From a virus: a stretch of 64,000 nt of DNA. Both the position numbers and the translations under genes were made by a program. The stretch covers positions 32,001-96,000 of IMG/VR virus record IMGVR_UViG_3300031552_000001; one strand, 5' to 3'. This document shows, piece by piece, positions 62,651-64,000 of this stretch. The notes under the pieces were generated by a model. That model made no database searches and was not told where the DNA came from. It saw only the letters and a program-made list of their open reading frames with translations. Within the stretch, counting starts at the first letter, position 1, and each line of letters starts with the position of its first letter.

Positions 62651-63510
62651 GTTTTCAACTCCTCGAGCTGCTCTACAAGCTGCTTGTTCCGAAGCTGCAT
62701 ATATTCGTAAGCTACCATAAGCTTAGCCGCCTGGACGTCCTCCGTTATCGTTTCATCCAGATTTAAAGAGTCTACGCCCTTACTTTTCATTCCGAGAAAC
62801 TTTGCTTCTACCAGCTTGGGATCGTACCTGAGAAATTTTTCTATATCCCTACCCGCCTTATCTGGGACCTTGGGATTAGGTTTCATGTTAAGCGGGTGTT
62901 CGTCCGAAAATCTTGCGGTACAGAAGTCGCATCGCCCGTCGAGGTCATCGCTGTCGACGTTTCCGCAGACTTTGCACACATAGGAGGGTCGGGACAACTT
63001 TCCTTGGGCAAAATCCAATGGAGCCGGTAAGTAGGTGACCCCTTCGTCGAGTGCGCAGGCCGCAACATACCTTTGAGGCTCATCATTATAGACCTCTTTT
63101 CGGATAGTGTTAGCTATGTCTACTCCCGCCATTAGCTGCGACAGTGTACAGCGCTGCGCAATATCGAATCTGGGAATATTGTTATTGAGAGCCTGTATAA
63201 TTTTTTCGAAGATGTGCCATTCTTTCCAAAAGCCAACTGTAGACGTTAGCGTTCGTACAGCTTGTATCTTCTGCCAATTTTGCTCGCTTATGGAGGTAGC
63301 TTTAAACGTATCGAGAATTTCTTGCTTTAGCGTAGTGGGCTCCCATTCCATCCAAGACGCTCCGAACTTTTCCAAAAGCACCATTGTAAGCACTACAGGG
63401 TGCGCGTCATGAAAACTAAACAGTCGAATGATGGGCTCTAAGGAAGCCTGAACAGGAGCTGGAACTTTACTTACGTCCAGCCCCCATTTAACCATAGGAA
63501 CTGAATTCAT
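62635..63510 (-). CDS. Hypothetical virion-region protein with Zn ribbon
   Basis: CKVCG...CDFC; intact ORF in operon. Confidence 0.65.
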   Translation of the reverse strand: MNSVPMVKWGLDVSKVPAPVQASLEPIIRLFSFHDAHPVVLTMVLLEKFGASWMEWEPTTLKQEILDTFKATSISEQNWQKIQAVRTLTSTVGFWKEWHIFEKIIQALNNNIPRFDIAQRCTLSQLMAGVDIANTIRKEVYNDEPQRYVAACALDEGVTYLPAPLDFAQGKLSRPSYVCKVCGNVDSDDLDGRCDFCTARFSDEHPLNMKPNPKVPDKAGRDIEKFLRYDPKLVEAKFLGMKSKGVDSLNLDETITEDVQAAKLMVAYEYMQLRNKQLVEQLEELKTWVKP

Positions 63511-63519
63511 CTATTAACC

Positions 63520-64000
63520 TCAAACGATCTGTGCCACTTCACTTTGTTCAGGATGATCTGAGGCCATTCTGCATATGAGTTTCTTTTGGGGAGTCGGCAT
63601 AGAATCAAAAATGGCTACCGGGTTTTTCTGAAACTCCTTACACACATCCTCTGTAAATACTTTTTTTAGCTCACAAAGACGATTCTGGGCTAAGTCTGTA
63701 AGCTGTTCCGTAGTTACCCTATCATTACCCCCATCCCAAAGTACTTCGGCAGTTTTATTTATTCCAAAGGTAGAAGCCCATGGGTCTAGAACGTAGTTAT
63801 CCCAAAGGCGGTCGAGCCCCTCCTTCACATCGAACCTTCGAAGAGCCTCAGCGTACACATCAGGCTCTATAGAAGACCTCTTCTCAAAAAGTTCCTCTAA
63901 AAATAGCCGAGAATCCCCCTTAGGGTCACACGCTACCTTACGCATCTCTACAGCAGCTTTAAGATGGCCTTCGGAAGCCCACCCAACAGCGCCTAAGTCG
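63520..64000 (-). CDS. 3' part of a virion-region protein (frame open to the window edge)
   Basis: No stop upstream of 63945 within the window; RKVAC and NKTAE motifs. Confidence 0.6.
   Translation of the reverse strand, partial: DLGAVGWASEGHLKAAVEMRKVACDPKGDSRLFLEELFEKRSSIEPDVYAEALRRFDVKEGLDRLWDNYVLDPWASTFGINKTAEVLWDGGNDRVTTEQLTDLAQNRLCELKKVFTEDVCKEFQKNPVAIFDSMPTPQKKLICRMASDHPEQSEVAQIV

Larger units (their letters stand above)
1..64000. other. Segment of a large myovirus-type phage genome (accessory region plus morphogenesis region)
   Basis: Co-oriented portal, TerL, prohead protease, MCP, neck, sheath, tube and spike genes. Phage-type fused RNAP, four inteins and three HNH genes. No ribosomal or housekeeping synteny. 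Confidence 0.95.

Noticed and set aside
1-64000. CRISPR arrays, tRNA or rRNA genes
   Set aside because: No regularly spaced direct repeats or cloverleaf/rRNA signatures were seen by eye, and intergenic gaps are short. tRNAscan-SE or Infernal would be needed to exclude them formally.

Overview
This window is a 64 kb segment of a large contractile-tailed (myovirus-type) dsDNA phage genome in the standard genetic code, with no host housekeeping context. Positions 1-10040 (+ strand) are accessory genes. They include a candidate phage-encoded ubiquitin-like conjugation set (JAB peptidase, beta-grasp Ubl ending PKTPFG-S, ThiF/E1, and a candidate divergent E2 with a GICL cysteine), a J-domain-pseudokinase/vWA/divergent PurA triad, and a Cys-rich tandem Lcl (DUF1566) lipoprotein. 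Positions 10087-64000 are almost all - strand morphogenesis genes: tail tube, sheath, neck proteins, major capsid protein, prohead protease, a two-intein large terminase, baseplate spike and portal. Embedded among them are a single-chain fused beta/beta' RNA polymerase with two inteins, a LigD-type phosphoesterase-ligase and a minimal protein kinase. Many head-region proteins carry repeated K-x-A motifs, and seven share an F-x-[DE]-E-L-x-K-x-A helix at a terminus, which I interpret as a protease-cleavage and capsid-targeting code for an injected enzyme toolkit. Two free-standing HNH genes have hairpins that sequester their ribosome-binding sites. All assignments come from reading motifs by eye; no database searches were run.
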